From: Candidatus Moanibacter sp.
GTDB taxonomy: Bacteria; Verrucomicrobiota; Verrucomicrobiia; Opitutales; UBA2987
Length of the DNA: 64,000 bases
NCBI GenBank assembly: GCA_965215885.1
Contig: CBDCEW010000104.1
Span: 224,001 to 288,000 of the forward strand
Direction of reading: 5' to 3'
Within the stretch, counting starts at the first letter, position 1. Each line of letters begins with the position of its first letter. Of this stretch, positions 53,489-64,000 are shown one piece after another. The notes beneath the pieces were generated by a model. It ran no database searches, was not told where the DNA came from, and saw nothing but the letters and a program-made list of their open reading frames with translations. Position numbers and translations under genes: made by a program.

Positions 53489-55252
53489 CTACATTCGCTC
53501 GAGGGTCTCGAGTCCGAGGAGATGAAGTCCCGTTTCAAGAATTGTGAGGGCGCGGGCACAAAGCATGAGTCGGCGATTGCGAGTAGGTAATTGGTCGACG
53601 ATGACCTTGTCTGAATTGTAAAAAGTGCTGAAGATACCAGCTAATTCGTAAAGGTAGGTAGAGAGGTAGTGAGGGCGCAGGTCGGCGGTTGCCTGATTAA
53701 GAGCGGTGACGAAGCCGACTATTTTCCGGGCGAGGGCAATTTCGTTGGCGGATTCGAAGTCCGAGTCAGATTCTGAAAGGTCATAGGGATCGATGTCGGC
53801 CTTGCGAAAGATGCTGTGTATGCGAGCGACAGCGTAGAGGAGGTAGGGAGCCGTATTTCCCTCGAGGCTGAGCATCCTTTCCCAGGAGAATTGATAGTCG
53901 CTGGTGCGGTTTTGCATAAGATCGGCATAACGAATGGCACCTAAACCGACCGCTTTTGCCACTCGTTTTCGCTCCTCCTCGCTCAGTTCCGGGTTCTTCT
54001 CCGTTACTACACGGAAGGCTCTTTCGACGGCTTCGCTGAGGAGGTCCTTGAGCTTTGTCTCTGAGCCTTCCCGAGTACTTATGGCTTTCCCTTGTTCAGC
54101 AAGTATTAATCCGAAACTGACATAGTGAAGATTGGGAATTTCGCTTTCCCTGGCTTTAAACCACTTTTGGGCGGTCAGAAAAAGCTGCTCGAAATGGTCA
54201 GACTGGCGCGAATCGACGACGTAAATGATCTCGTTCGCGACAAAGTGCTCGGCTCTGTAAAGGAGAGTGGCAAGATCGGAAGTGTTGTAATTGGCTGCTC
54301 CATCGGAGTTTCGTATGATAAAGGGCTGGTCCCGGAATCGCTTATGTTCAGGGTGGAAAACCACGAGGGCGCCTTCGCTTTCCACGGCGATGCGATATTT
54401 TGAGAGTTCTTCGTAAACCGTGTCTACTTTGTCGCGGTAAAAGCTCTCTCCGAGGACTTCGTCAAAGTGGATATTCAATTGTTGGTAAATCTCTTCAAAA
54501 GAGCGATAGCTGATGGCGTTGATACTCTCCCAGATCTTCAGGTTCTCCGGGTCCCCACGCTGGAGCTTGACTCTCTCATTACGGGCCACTTCGAGAGCTT
54601 CGGATTCATTTATCGTAAGGTCGTAACCCTCTCTATAGAGTTCCTCGATTGTATCAATGGAAGCATGGCGAATTCGAGAGTGATCCCATTTACGGCGTTT
54701 TATAGCCATAATGAAGATTCCGAATTGTGTTCCCCAGTCGCCGATATGATTGTCCCGAATCACCCTGGCTCCGCAGAATGAGAGCAGCTGATGGATTGCT
54801 TCTCCTAGTACCGTGGAACGGATGTGGCCGACGTGGAGTTGCTTTGCCGTGTTGGGGGAGCTGAAATCTACTACAACTGTCTTCCCACGGTAAATCTGCT
54901 CAGCGGCGTCTCTCAGATCGGTTTCGGTTTGGTATTTTTGGAGCCATTCCGTAATAAAAGCGGGAGTCAGCTGAAAATTAATGAAACCCGCACCCGCCAC
55001 TTCAAAGGAGAGATAGTCGGGATTGAGACATTCTGTCTCACTCAAGGACCTGCAGAGGTCTAATGCCGCCTGTCGCGGGTTGATTCTGTTTCTCTTCGCA
55101 TAGGGAAGGACCCCATTAGCCTGAAAATCGCCGAAACGAGGGTCCGCGGGGCGAATTGCGGGATCGAAGCTCTCATCGAATTGAGGAAGGGAATGGGCGG
55201 CGGTCGCCACAGCTTTGTTGAGTTCGAGGGCGATATTGAAACAGATTTCCAT
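53489..55252 (-). CDS. argS: Arginine--tRNA ligase
   Basis: DFSSPNTAKQLHVGH, NHIGDWGTQFG, GNTAPYLLY, C-terminal LERM. Confidence 0.96.
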   Translation of the reverse strand: MEICFNIALELNKAVATAAHSLPQFDESFDPAIRPADPRFGDFQANGVLPYAKRNRINPRQAALDLCRSLSETECLNPDYLSFEVAGAGFINFQLTPAFITEWLQKYQTETDLRDAAEQIYRGKTVVVDFSSPNTAKQLHVGHIRSTVLGEAIHQLLSFCGARVIRDNHIGDWGTQFGIFIMAIKRRKWDHSRIRHASIDTIEELYREGYDLTINESEALEVARNERVKLQRGDPENLKIWESINAISYRSFEEIYQQLNIHFDEVLGESFYRDKVDTVYEELSKYRIAVESEGALVVFHPEHKRFRDQPFIIRNSDGAANYNTSDLATLLYRAEHFVANEIIYVVDSRQSDHFEQLFLTAQKWFKARESEIPNLHYVSFGLILAEQGKAISTREGSETKLKDLLSEAVERAFRVVTEKNPELSEEERKRVAKAVGLGAIRYADLMQNRTSDYQFSWERMLSLEGNTAPYLLYAVARIHSIFRKADIDPYDLSESDSDFESANEIALARKIVGFVTALNQATADLRPHYLSTYLYELAGIFSTFYNSDKVIVDQLPTRNRRLMLCARALTILETGLHLLGLETLERM

Positions 55253-55471
55253 TTTGAATAGTAAGGAGGCTGTGGTAAATTGACCTGCCCCTATCACAGG
55301 GACACCCGAAGCCCTTGCAATAGAAGACGTTACGCTTTTCGAATAGGCTCCGAAAAGAGCGATTTAGGGCCGGTGGGACCAAAAAAGCTCGACATTCCTT
55401 TTCTTAATGACCTAATAATAAAAGGCTTACGCTCTTAGTTGCCTGTTTGATGGGATTAGAATCTGCCGACC

Positions 55472-56806
55472 ATGAGGAAGAAATATATATCCCCACGTAA
55501 GTTCATCAAGCCCTCGTTTGCCTATTTGATTGAAAAGAAGCGAGATGGCGGTGAATTTTCCCAGGAGGAAATTCGATATATCGTTGATTCGGTGATGGAC
55601 AAGCAAATGCAGCAATTCCAATTAGCCGCGATGGCCATGGCCATCTATTTTCAGGGGATGTCTGCGCAGGAGACGGCCACATTGGCGGAAGAGATGATGT
55701 TGTCCGGGGAAGTTATCGATTTGTCCAAAATCACGAAACCAAAGATCGATAAATACTCAACCGGTGGAGTTGGTGATAAGACATCCCTGGTACTAGCGCC
55801 GCTTGCCGCAGCCTGCGGAGTGGTTATGCCGATGATGAATGGAGTGGACGAGGAATTTGTTATTAGCAATCTGGATAAATTATCGGCGATTCAGGGATTT
55901 AATAAATCGATGGATCTCGAACAGTTTGTGAAACAGCTGAAAACGGTCAACTGTGCTATAATCGAACAGGATCCGCTGATCGCGCCGGTCGATGAAATTC
56001 TCTACAAGATGCGACAGAAGACGGCGACGATTCCGAGCCTGCCTCTCATTACGGGAAGCGTCCTAAGCCGTAAACTCGCTCAGGGCGCCGAGGGTTTGGT
56101 TATCGATGTAAAATGGGGAAACGGATCCTTCATAAAAGAAATCGAGCAGGCAAAACAGCTGGCGAGGTCAATTACGCGGGTGGGGCGTTCCATGAAGCGA
56201 CGCTGTGTCGCTCTTGTGACGGATATGAATCAGCCATTGGGAGATTGCGTGGGCACAGGGTTGGAGATAAAGGAAGCGATCGAGTTACTTAAGGGGGAAG
56301 GTCCCGCGGATTTGCAGGAACTAGTGTTGAAACTGGGAATGGAGATTGTCCGATTGGCCGGTGTGGCGGGATCCACGTTGTCGGCTAAACAGACGGTGCA
56401 GCGTCATTTGAGCGACGGATCCGCTCTGGGCCGATTTAAGCAGATGATTAAGGCCCAAGGAGGTAAGGCGTCGCTAGTGGACAATCCGGAGGAATTTCCC
56501 AAGGCTAAATACATACGCAAGTTGCCCGCTCCTAAAAGGGGATACGTGCATACGATTAATGCGGGTATGATCGCTCGAGGGGTACAGCTTCTCGCCCAGA
56601 ACAGAAGAGGAAAGTACGATCCGGCGGTTGGGGTATCGGAAATCAGAAAAGTTGGCACGCAAGTAAAACAGGGTGAACCGCTGATGATGATTCATTACAA
56701 CGATGAAGTTCGACTTGAAAGTGCCCTGGAGTATCTTCGCTCGGCCTATCGTCTCGCACCGAAGCGCCCGAATCCTCCGCAACTCATCGCGGAGAGGGTA
56801 GCTTAG
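55472..56806 (+). CDS. Thymidine/pyrimidine-nucleoside phosphorylase-like protein with a degenerate active site
   Basis: IEKKRDG, DKYSTGGVGD, DVKWGNG, TDMNQPLG. Confidence 0.85.
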   Translation: MRKKYISPRKFIKPSFAYLIEKKRDGGEFSQEEIRYIVDSVMDKQMQQFQLAAMAMAIYFQGMSAQETATLAEEMMLSGEVIDLSKITKPKIDKYSTGGVGDKTSLVLAPLAAACGVVMPMMNGVDEEFVISNLDKLSAIQGFNKSMDLEQFVKQLKTVNCAIIEQDPLIAPVDEILYKMRQKTATIPSLPLITGSVLSRKLAQGAEGLVIDVKWGNGSFIKEIEQAKQLARSITRVGRSMKRRCVALVTDMNQPLGDCVGTGLEIKEAIELLKGEGPADLQELVLKLGMEIVRLAGVAGSTLSAKQTVQRHLSDGSALGRFKQMIKAQGGKASLVDNPEEFPKAKYIRKLPAPKRGYVHTINAGMIARGVQLLAQNRRGKYDPAVGVSEIRKVGTQVKQGEPLMMIHYNDEVRLESALEYLRSAYRLAPKRPNPPQLIAERVA

Positions 56807-57001
56807 GAATCTTATAGTAGCTCCAGGTTATTCATCCAAGGGGCCGAGTGGAGCCGCAGGAAAAACTCGGCGAGGCCCCTTTGTGAATAACTTGGCCGAT
56901 CAGTGGTTGGCGATGGGTCAAAGAGTTTGTTTGGCTAAGGGTGCAAATATTCAAAGGCAGCCGTCCACTACGAACTTAGGAATCAGTCCGAAGAGGACTT
57001 C

Positions 57002-58513
57002 CGACAGAATTTCGAGTGGACGGCCTGCCTGGATGACCGAAAACGAACACTCAGTTTACATCCTCATAACAGGATCCAACTATAAGGACTTCGCCTGGAC
57101 ATCCAGTGCCTTTGAAAAAAGCAAAAAGACAAACTAAAGGAACAAAGGGATGCAGAAAAGGGAAAAAACAAATCGATATAGTGTGGTGATAGGAATTGAT
57201 TGGGCGGATCAGAAAAACGATCTGTGGATCATAGAGAGCGAAACGGGAAAAGGGACCCATCGACAGGTGGCGCAGGATGCGGTCAGCTTGCACGAATTTG
57301 CCGTAGAGATGAGAGAAAAGTATGCCAGCGTGGGCAAGCGCATGGCCATGGTGGTGGACCAGAAGCGAGGAGGGTTGATCAACTTTCTGATGGGCTTGGA
57401 GTTTGTCGATATCTATCCAGTGCATGCGGCCAGGGCGAAGGATTATCGCCGGGCGCTGTATCCATCAGGGGCCAAGAGCGACCCGGTCGATGCGCAAATA
57501 CACGCGGAGTTTTTCCTCAAACATCCCGAGCTTTTTACCAAATGTTTCATACCTGACACGGCCCAAACACGGGAGCTGAACCTGTTGTGCGAGGACCGCC
57601 GTGGATTCGTCGATCAGGCTACCAGCCTCGAACAGCAGTTGGGCAGTTGTCTGAAGCAATATAACCCTTTGGTCTTGAAATTGTTCGATGATCTAGGCAG
57701 TGGCCTGTGCCTGCACTTTATATTGCGTTGGCCGACCCTCAAGAAGCTGCACAGAGCATCGGAGGGTGTCTTGCGAAAGTTCTTCTATAAGCACAACTGT
57801 CGCAGTGACGCCAAAATCCAGGAGCGTCTCGAATTGATCGGTAACGCACGAGCCTTGACCGAAGATGCAGCCATCATTGAAGCATCCAGCAGAAAAGCAC
57901 AGACGTTGGCCGGACAGCTTTTGACCCTGTGCCCGCAGATCAAAGCGTATGAGAAGCGTATCAGGGAGCTATTCAGAAGCCATCCCGATGCAGCCGTGTT
58001 CAGTGGCATTCCCGGAGCCGGCGAGGTCATGAGTCCCCGGTTGCTGTGCGCGTTCGGGACCGATCGTTCGCACTTCGAAACGGCCCAGAACATGACCCAG
58101 TGGAATGGATCCGCTCCGGTCACGATCAACAGCGGGCAGGACAAAAGAACCGGACAACCGAAACGAATGGTCAACTGGCGGTGGGCGGCTCCTACCTTCG
58201 TGCGGCAAAGTTTCGTTGAATTTGCCGAACATTCGATCCGAAACTGTGCCTGGGCAAAGGCCTTTTACCAGATCAAAAAAGAACAGGGCAAACCCCGCCA
58301 AACCATTCTTCGTGCCCTCGCTCTCAAGTGGACCCGCATTCTGTTTCGCTGTTGGCAAAATAGCGAACGCTACGATGAGCAAAAGTATCTCCAATCGCTC
58401 CAACGCACCGGTTCACCGGTGTGGAAAAGACTTCAGCAAGCAAATGCCAACGCCTTGTAAACACAACATGAGAAAAAACTCAAAAAATCCCTTGACGGAC
58501 TACCTCAGTTTTC
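57002..58513 (+). mobile_element. IS110-family element (recombinase at 57150-58460); ends approximate
   Basis: GIDWAD, KSDPVDA, PGAG, APVTINSG; ~150-nt left non-coding end; TTGACG near the right end. Confidence 0.88.
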
Positions 58514-58571
58514 TGTCGGTCTATACTGAGTCGGAATGTCGCTCTGTCACGGTGAAATGTCCGGGCTAGCA

Positions 58572-59129
58572 TCAGGTGCGTCCCAGATAGGAGCCGTCGG
58601 AGGTACTGACTTTGATGACATCGCCTGTTTTTATAAACAGGGGCGTCTGAACGACGATTCCGGTTTCGGTGGTGACTGGTTTAAGGGCGGCACTGGAAGT
58701 GTCACCTCGGACGGCGTCGGGTGCCTCCGTTACATTCAGTTCCACTGCTGAAGGGAGCTGGATCTGGACCGCCTGGTCTTCGACAAAGAGCACTTCGTAA
58801 AAATTGCCTTCGGAGAGGAATCTCCTGGAGTTCTCGATAAGTTCCTCGTTGAGAACCGTGTCCTCAAACGTCTCCGGGTTGAGAAAGTGGTAGCCCTCTT
58901 GATCGAGGTAGCTGAATTCTAATCGCTGCGTGTCGGTGACGAGGAATCGCACGGAATCGGTGTTGCGAAATTTCGTGGTTGTGGTGGTGTTTGACTGGAG
59001 ATTGCGCATCGTAACCTGGACGAATCCGGCCTGTCGTCCCTGGGTTCGATGAATCATATCGAGTACGAGGTGAGGCACGCTATTATAGTCTAGCACCTTT
59101 CCTTTACGAATTTCGGTTGGTGAAGCCAT
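58572..59129 (-). CDS. efp: Elongation factor P
   Basis: [24 protein letters not shown]. Confidence 0.95.
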   Translation of the reverse strand: MASPTEIRKGKVLDYNSVPHLVLDMIHRTQGRQAGFVQVTMRNLQSNTTTTTKFRNTDSVRFLVTDTQRLEFSYLDQEGYHFLNPETFEDTVLNEELIENSRRFLSEGNFYEVLFVEDQAVQIQLPSAVELNVTEAPDAVRGDTSSAALKPVTTETGIVVQTPLFIKTGDVIKVSTSDGSYLGRT

Positions 59130-59250
59130 CGTTTATTCCTTAACATGGTTTCTGCGCTTTACAATCTCTGACTTAACCCGAATATTTCACACACTTCGTC
59201 ACGAGACGCTCGGTAGTGAAATCTTCGGGTTAGGGACACGAGTTGACGGC

Positions 59251-60591
59251 ATGAAACAAAGAACAATTCTGCGGGAAGCCTCGATAAAGGGTAGGGGGCT
59301 GCACACAGGGGAAGACGTTCGTCTTTCCATCAAGCCGGCTCCGGAAAATCATGGAGTGGTGTTTCAGCGCATCGATCTTTACGGAAAGCCAAAGATCAGG
59401 CCGAATGTCGATGTAGTTTCGGATCTGGTTTACAATACGGGAGTTACCTTCGGACACGCCAAGCTGCATACAGTGGAACATGTGTTGAGCGCATTTAACG
59501 GGGCGGGAGTGGATAATGTCCTTATCGAAATCGATGCAAGCGAGCCACCGGTGCTCGATGGTTCCGCCAAACAATATGTGAAACTTATCGAGGAGGCAGA
59601 ACCAGCGGAGCAGAAAAAGGCTCGGCGATTTGTCGAGCTGGAGGAACCTATATCATTCACCGAAGGGAGCAGATCGCTGATTGCGTTGCCCTATGATGGA
59701 CTCAAGGTTACTTGCACTTCTTCTGATAATCGCGGAATTCATACCCAACATCTCTCCATCGAAATTGATCCGGAATCTTATGTGACTGATATCGCACCTG
59801 CCCGGACCTTTGCGATATATGAAGACATCGAAGAATTGCTGAAATTGGGAAAGATTCGCGGGGGAAGTCTTGATTCGGCGATCGTGCTTAAGGGTGACAG
59901 GGTAATATCGAAGGAGCCTTTACGATTCAAGGATGAGTTTGTCCGCCACAAGATTCTCGATATACTTGGGGACATCGGTTTGCTCGAATTTCCTCTCAAA
60001 GCCCACATAGTTGCGGTAAATCCCGGGCACGCCCTGAATTTCCAGCTTACTAAGGGTCTCCATGACCGTTACAACGGCGAGAGACGGACAACAAAAGCGA
60101 AGAAAAAAAAGCCGGTGGAAGCAGCAGCTGTAGGGCCGACGGAAACACAGCTCGATATCAGGCGTATCCTTGATATCCTGCCCCATCGCTATCCATTAGT
60201 CATGATTGACCGGGTGGTGGAGATAAAAAGCGAGATGGAACTCAAGGCGATAAAGAACGTATCCATCAATGAGCCTTACTTTCGAGGGCACTTTCCGGGC
60301 CGCCCCGTAATGCCGGGGGTATTACAGATAGAAGCGATGGCACAGGCGGCTGGGATACTCATGTTGAGGCATGTGGCAAGTGAGGGGAAAGTGGCCTATT
60401 TTATGAGCTGCGATAAAGTAAAGTTACGGCAGCCGGTTGTTCCGGGTGACCAACTTGAAATCGACGTCAAGATAAACAAGATGCGCGCAAAGAAGATCGC
60501 GACCGCTTCCGGCACCTGCAAGGTGGGGGGAAAGGTAGTGTCATCAGCCGATCTGATGTTTTCAATCTTGGATGCACCGGAAGATACTTGA
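59251..60591 (+). CDS. lpxC: Bifunctional LpxC/FabZ
   Basis: [44 protein letters not shown]. Confidence 0.96.
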   Translation: MKQRTILREASIKGRGLHTGEDVRLSIKPAPENHGVVFQRIDLYGKPKIRPNVDVVSDLVYNTGVTFGHAKLHTVEHVLSAFNGAGVDNVLIEIDASEPPVLDGSAKQYVKLIEEAEPAEQKKARRFVELEEPISFTEGSRSLIALPYDGLKVTCTSSDNRGIHTQHLSIEIDPESYVTDIAPARTFAIYEDIEELLKLGKIRGGSLDSAIVLKGDRVISKEPLRFKDEFVRHKILDILGDIGLLEFPLKAHIVAVNPGHALNFQLTKGLHDRYNGERRTTKAKKKKPVEAAAVGPTETQLDIRRILDILPHRYPLVMIDRVVEIKSEMELKAIKNVSINEPYFRGHFPGRPVMPGVLQIEAMAQAAGILMLRHVASEGKVAYFMSCDKVKLRQPVVPGDQLEIDVKINKMRAKKIATASGTCKVGGKVVSSADLMFSILDAPEDT

Positions 60592-60720
60592 ACCGCGGTG
60601 CCCTTTTGTTGAATAGCCCGCTTTTCGTGATTGGCGAGCAGCAAAGTGTTGGGGAAAGCATATTGCCTCAAGCGAATCTTCGGAAATCTGTGAGAAAAGC
60701 GGGCTAGGAGGACAGCGAAA

Positions 60721-61497
60721 GTGGCTACGGATATTCACGGCACCGCGGTTATTGAAAAGGGAGCGGAATTAGGTGAGGGGGTTGAAGTTGGCGCCCATGC
60801 CTATATCGGTTCGCGGGTGAGATTGGGGGATGGGTGTATCGTGCATCATCACGCCTCCGTGGAGGGCAATACGGTTTTGGGGAAGGAGAATGAAGTCTTT
60901 CCCTATGCGTGCATCGGGGGAAGGTCACAGGATCTAAAGCAAGCGGGCGGAAATCCCGGTTTATTGATCGGAGACTCGAACATATTTCGAGAGTGCTGCA
61001 CCGTGCACACGCACAAGGAAGAGGGCAAATTCACTAGAATGGGATCTCACAATTATTGCCTCGCCTACAGCCATATCGCGCACGAGTGCGAAATCGGAGA
61101 TCATTTTGTGTTGGGGCACAACAGCACCCTGGGAGGGCACATGATAGTGGGAGATTACGCGGCTACGGGCGGGCATGTAGCGATACATCCATTCTGTCGA
61201 TTGGGTCGCTACTCATATATCGGCGGATGCTCAAAGGTGGTGCAGGATGTCCCTCCCTTTATGCTTGCCGACGGCAGCCCGGCGGAAGTGAAGACAATCA
61301 ACAAGATAGGTCTGGATCGTGGAGGTTTTTCGGAAGAAGAGATTAAGAGTATGCGTGAAATCTATAAGATTCTCTACCGGGAGGGATTGAATCGGTCCCA
61401 GGCGGTTCAGAAGTTGATGAATTTGGAATGTGGAGAGTCAGAAAGCGTGCGCGTGGTTATTGAGTTCATTGAAAATAGTGAACGAGGAATCGCTTAA
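60721..61497 (+). CDS. lpxA: UDP-N-acetylglucosamine O-acyltransferase
   Basis: Hexapeptide repeats, QDLK, SHIAHEC, QDVPPF. Confidence 0.94.
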   Translation: MATDIHGTAVIEKGAELGEGVEVGAHAYIGSRVRLGDGCIVHHHASVEGNTVLGKENEVFPYACIGGRSQDLKQAGGNPGLLIGDSNIFRECCTVHTHKEEGKFTRMGSHNYCLAYSHIAHECEIGDHFVLGHNSTLGGHMIVGDYAATGGHVAIHPFCRLGRYSYIGGCSKVVQDVPPFMLADGSPAEVKTINKIGLDRGGFSEEEIKSMREIYKILYREGLNRSQAVQKLMNLECGESESVRVVIEFIENSERGIA

Positions 61498-61925
61498 GAG
61501 TCCGCTTTTCTCACGAATCCCTTTGAAGCCGTTCGGCTGATCGGAATCGTGGATTGCTTCGTCGTTCCTCCTCGCAATGACAGGGCTTTGTTTGGGGATC
61601 CCGCTCAGCTGGTTCGCATTCTGTCTTTAGGATGCTAAGTCCGACTGATTCCTGGTAGCCTGTCGGACAATGTATCTAAGAAATTCGCTCTTCCGTCGTT
61701 AGTTATTGGTGACAGAACGGAACATCTAGTGTATATAGAGACAGAGAAAGTAAAAGTGATCCGCCGTAGTTGTGCTGAGCGGGACATCCATCTTCATTCC
61801 GCCGAGACCCTGAGCTCGGGACTTCACTGCAAAAGGATGGCCAGGCAAAGTGCGGCTACCTCCGGAAAATGCACCGGAGTTTGGAACACATGTTGGCATA
61901 GTCCTCTCTCAGCTGAATAGGATAG

Positions 61926-64000
61926 ATGAAAACTCAGTTCATTTTTCATTCGGTGTTGCTGCTAGGTGGATTCTCGCTTTCCGGCGAAGAGAGTAGGGAG
62001 CCCGAATCGGGTTCGAACTATAGCGAAGTCAGGGAGAGGGCGGAGCGACACTACGCGGGGAAGAGCTACCAGTTGGCGAATTCTATTTACGCTAAAGCAA
62101 AGGCCCTGGAACTGAGCGCCGATGAGGCCTTCTGGGTGGAATATCGTTTGGCTGACACGCAGTGGAGATCATTTGCCAGCACGCGAAATGCGGATCCTAC
62201 ACCTCTGATTGAGGCCCGTGAGGTATTGATGCAGTTGTTGGCGGAGCTCGAGGAGAAGGAAGGAACCCCGCCCGGATTGTGGGCTGATATTTCGGAATCT
62301 CTGGGTGATTCCTGGTGGTTCCCCCGTCAAGCGAGGAATTGGCACCAGGCCTGGCAGTTCTACGAGAAGTCGCTCGCCTGGTGGGCCGGATCGAGGGATA
62401 TTGAAGAGGCTCGTGAGCGCTACCTAAAGCTTGTTTGGAAGACATCCGGTCCTCCTGAAATGGCACCTCACTACTACTATGGATCCTATGGTAATTATAT
62501 CCCACTGCCAGTGTTGGAGAATGCGATAAAGATCAGCGAGTCACCCGAAGACCAGGCTCATGCGCACTATCTTATGGCGATGGCCCTGCGCGGCAGGGGG
62601 GGGTCGAAGCAGCATGTGGTTCGGGTCGGTGAGGAATTTGAGGCTGCAGTCAAATGGGGAAGGAAAACTGAATGGTATGATGATGCATTGTATCATTTTG
62701 CACAATGGACTTCCCAATACGGGCACTCGTATTTCGATGAGAATGGAGAATTGAACCTCAAGCCAGACTATGAAAAGGCTCTCACTCTCCATCGTAGATT
62801 GTTGTGGGCGTATGAGAAAGGCGATACTCGTCATTACGACAGTGCTCGTAACGCAATCCAGCAGATTACGAGGCCGACGATTTCCCTTACTGTATCAAAC
62901 GCATTTCTTCCGGGTTCGGAAGTGCAGTTCCATCTTGAGTGGCGAAATGTTGAGAAAGTAAGAATTACCCTCTACCGAGTCGACCTATCACGTGATATTC
63001 GCTTTTCGAAGAGCGAAACCGATCCCTGGCAATGGCTCGAAGCGGGCACGCTAGAAGCAAAAGAGCCATGGAAAGTACTGACACAGCGAAAGGAACCGGA
63101 GCGGCCCTATTACAACCTGTCCGAGGATGTCCGTCTGGATGATGAATTGTCGGCGGGCGCCTACCTGGTGGAGGCGAGGGGCGGGGGCAAACGCGCCCGC
63201 GACATACTCCTCGTGTCCGACTCAGTGCTGGTATTAAAAACGACAAACAGCCACGTCCTGGGATACTTCGCTGAGTCGGCCAACGGTGCCCCAATCCCTG
63301 AAGCTTCGGTGACGCTTTGGGAACGCTATTACAATGGGCGCCACTGGGTCTGGAATCGGCACTCTGGTTCGACCGATGGACGTGGGCTCGTCGAATTTTC
63401 ATTTAAGAAAATGAAAGACAACCGCCAGTATTTCGCGGCGGCTGTGGCGGGAGAGCGAGAAGCCTACGCCCTCTCTTCAAGCAATTTCGTTTACGGTTAT
63501 GGAGAGCAGCCATGGCGAGTGTATGCGTATACCGATAGACCGGCCTACCGACCGAATGAGACAGTCAATTGGAAAATCATTATGCGTCAGACCATCGGTG
63601 ACAGCTATCGTTTACCGGCGGATGAAGAGGTCTTTTACCGAATCAGTAGCCCACGCGGAGAAATGGTCGATGAAGGGCCATTGAAGCTCAATGCCTTCGG
63701 CTCTGCCTGGGGGAATCTTGAACTATCAAGTGAGATGGCACTGGGCGCTTACAGCATAACATTCCTGGAGAGTAGAAACGGTCGACACATAGGGCAAGCG
63801 GTGCTTTTTCGGCTTGAGGAATACAAACTTCCAGAATTCAAAGTCGCAATTAATCTGGGCTCAGGTGCAGAAGAGACCGGTGAAGTATTTCGAATAGGGG
63901 ACACGATATCGGGCACCATAAAAGCCGAGTACTATTTTGGAGGCGCAGTATCCGAGGCGGCGGTGGAGATCGTGGTCTACCAGCGACCGTTTTTCCACTG
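61926..64000 (+). CDS. Alpha-2-macroglobulin-family protein (partial, runs off the window)
   Basis: Open frame from ATG 61926 (absent from the ORF track because no stop occurs); YTDRPAYRP, FRLEEYKLPEFKV. Confidence 0.88.
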   Translation, partial: MKTQFIFHSVLLLGGFSLSGEESREPESGSNYSEVRERAERHYAGKSYQLANSIYAKAKALELSADEAFWVEYRLADTQWRSFASTRNADPTPLIEAREVLMQLLAELEEKEGTPPGLWADISESLGDSWWFPRQARNWHQAWQFYEKSLAWWAGSRDIEEARERYLKLVWKTSGPPEMAPHYYYGSYGNYIPLPVLENAIKISESPEDQAHAHYLMAMALRGRGGSKQHVVRVGEEFEAAVKWGRKTEWYDDALYHFAQWTSQYGHSYFDENGELNLKPDYEKALTLHRRLLWAYEKGDTRHYDSARNAIQQITRPTISLTVSNAFLPGSEVQFHLEWRNVEKVRITLYRVDLSRDIRFSKSETDPWQWLEAGTLEAKEPWKVLTQRKEPERPYYNLSEDVRLDDELSAGAYLVEARGGGKRARDILLVSDSVLVLKTTNSHVLGYFAESANGAPIPEASVTLWERYYNGRHWVWNRHSGSTDGRGLVEFSFKKMKDNRQYFAAAVAGEREAYALSSSNFVYGYGEQPWRVYAYTDRPAYRPNETVNWKIIMRQTIGDSYRLPADEEVFYRISSPRGEMVDEGPLKLNAFGSAWGNLELSSEMALGAYSITFLESRNGRHIGQAVLFRLEEYKLPEFKVAINLGSGAEETGEVFRIGDTISGTIKAEYYFGGAVSEAAVEIVVYQRPFFH

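Noticed and set aside
62596..62603. G8 tract as a phase-variation switch in the alpha-2-macroglobulin gene
   Set aside because: In frame (Arg-Gly-Gly) and short, with no evidence of variation

Overview
Bacterial chromosomal window of moderate GC, most likely Verrucomicrobiota/Opitutales. This is inferred from the lpxC-fabZ fusion, a Chlamydiae/Bacteroidota-type topoisomerase subunit A and a divergent thymidine-phosphorylase-like gene. The left ~45 kb is accessory. It holds catabolic and transport genes (sthA, two NRAMP-like permeases, PLP enzymes, signal-peptide-bearing nucleoside hydrolase and MTAP-like enzymes, an amidase, an acyl-CoA ligase) and three large secreted repeat-protein genes. 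Two of these (7xCHRD and beta-helix) are broken by insertions; the FG-GAP/sulfatase gene is broken by frameshifts and an internal deletion. Five IS copies are present: ISL3, 2x DUF4338-ISAs1 and IS4 with readable IRs/TSDs, and IS110. The centre-right carries rtcB, parC, a truncated RAYT remnant with GTAG-REPs, and a selenium-dependent-type xanthine dehydrogenase. Divergent from xdh lies a full set of core F420 biosynthesis genes (cofG-cofH-LLM-cofD-cofC-cofE-npdG), with an unexplained multi-stem RNA-like element between the two. The right end is housekeeping: argS, efp, lpxC/fabZ, lpxA and a partial alpha-2-macroglobulin. Intergenic DNA is packed with REPINs and CTAG/stop-codon-anchored MITEs. 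Best leads: the F420 + Se-XDH module, the structured leader RNA, the IS110 non-coding end with putative bridge-RNA guides, and the RAYT/REPIN system. No tRNA, rRNA or CRISPR array was recognised. All calls were made by eye with no database searches, and some frameshifts may be sequencing errors.
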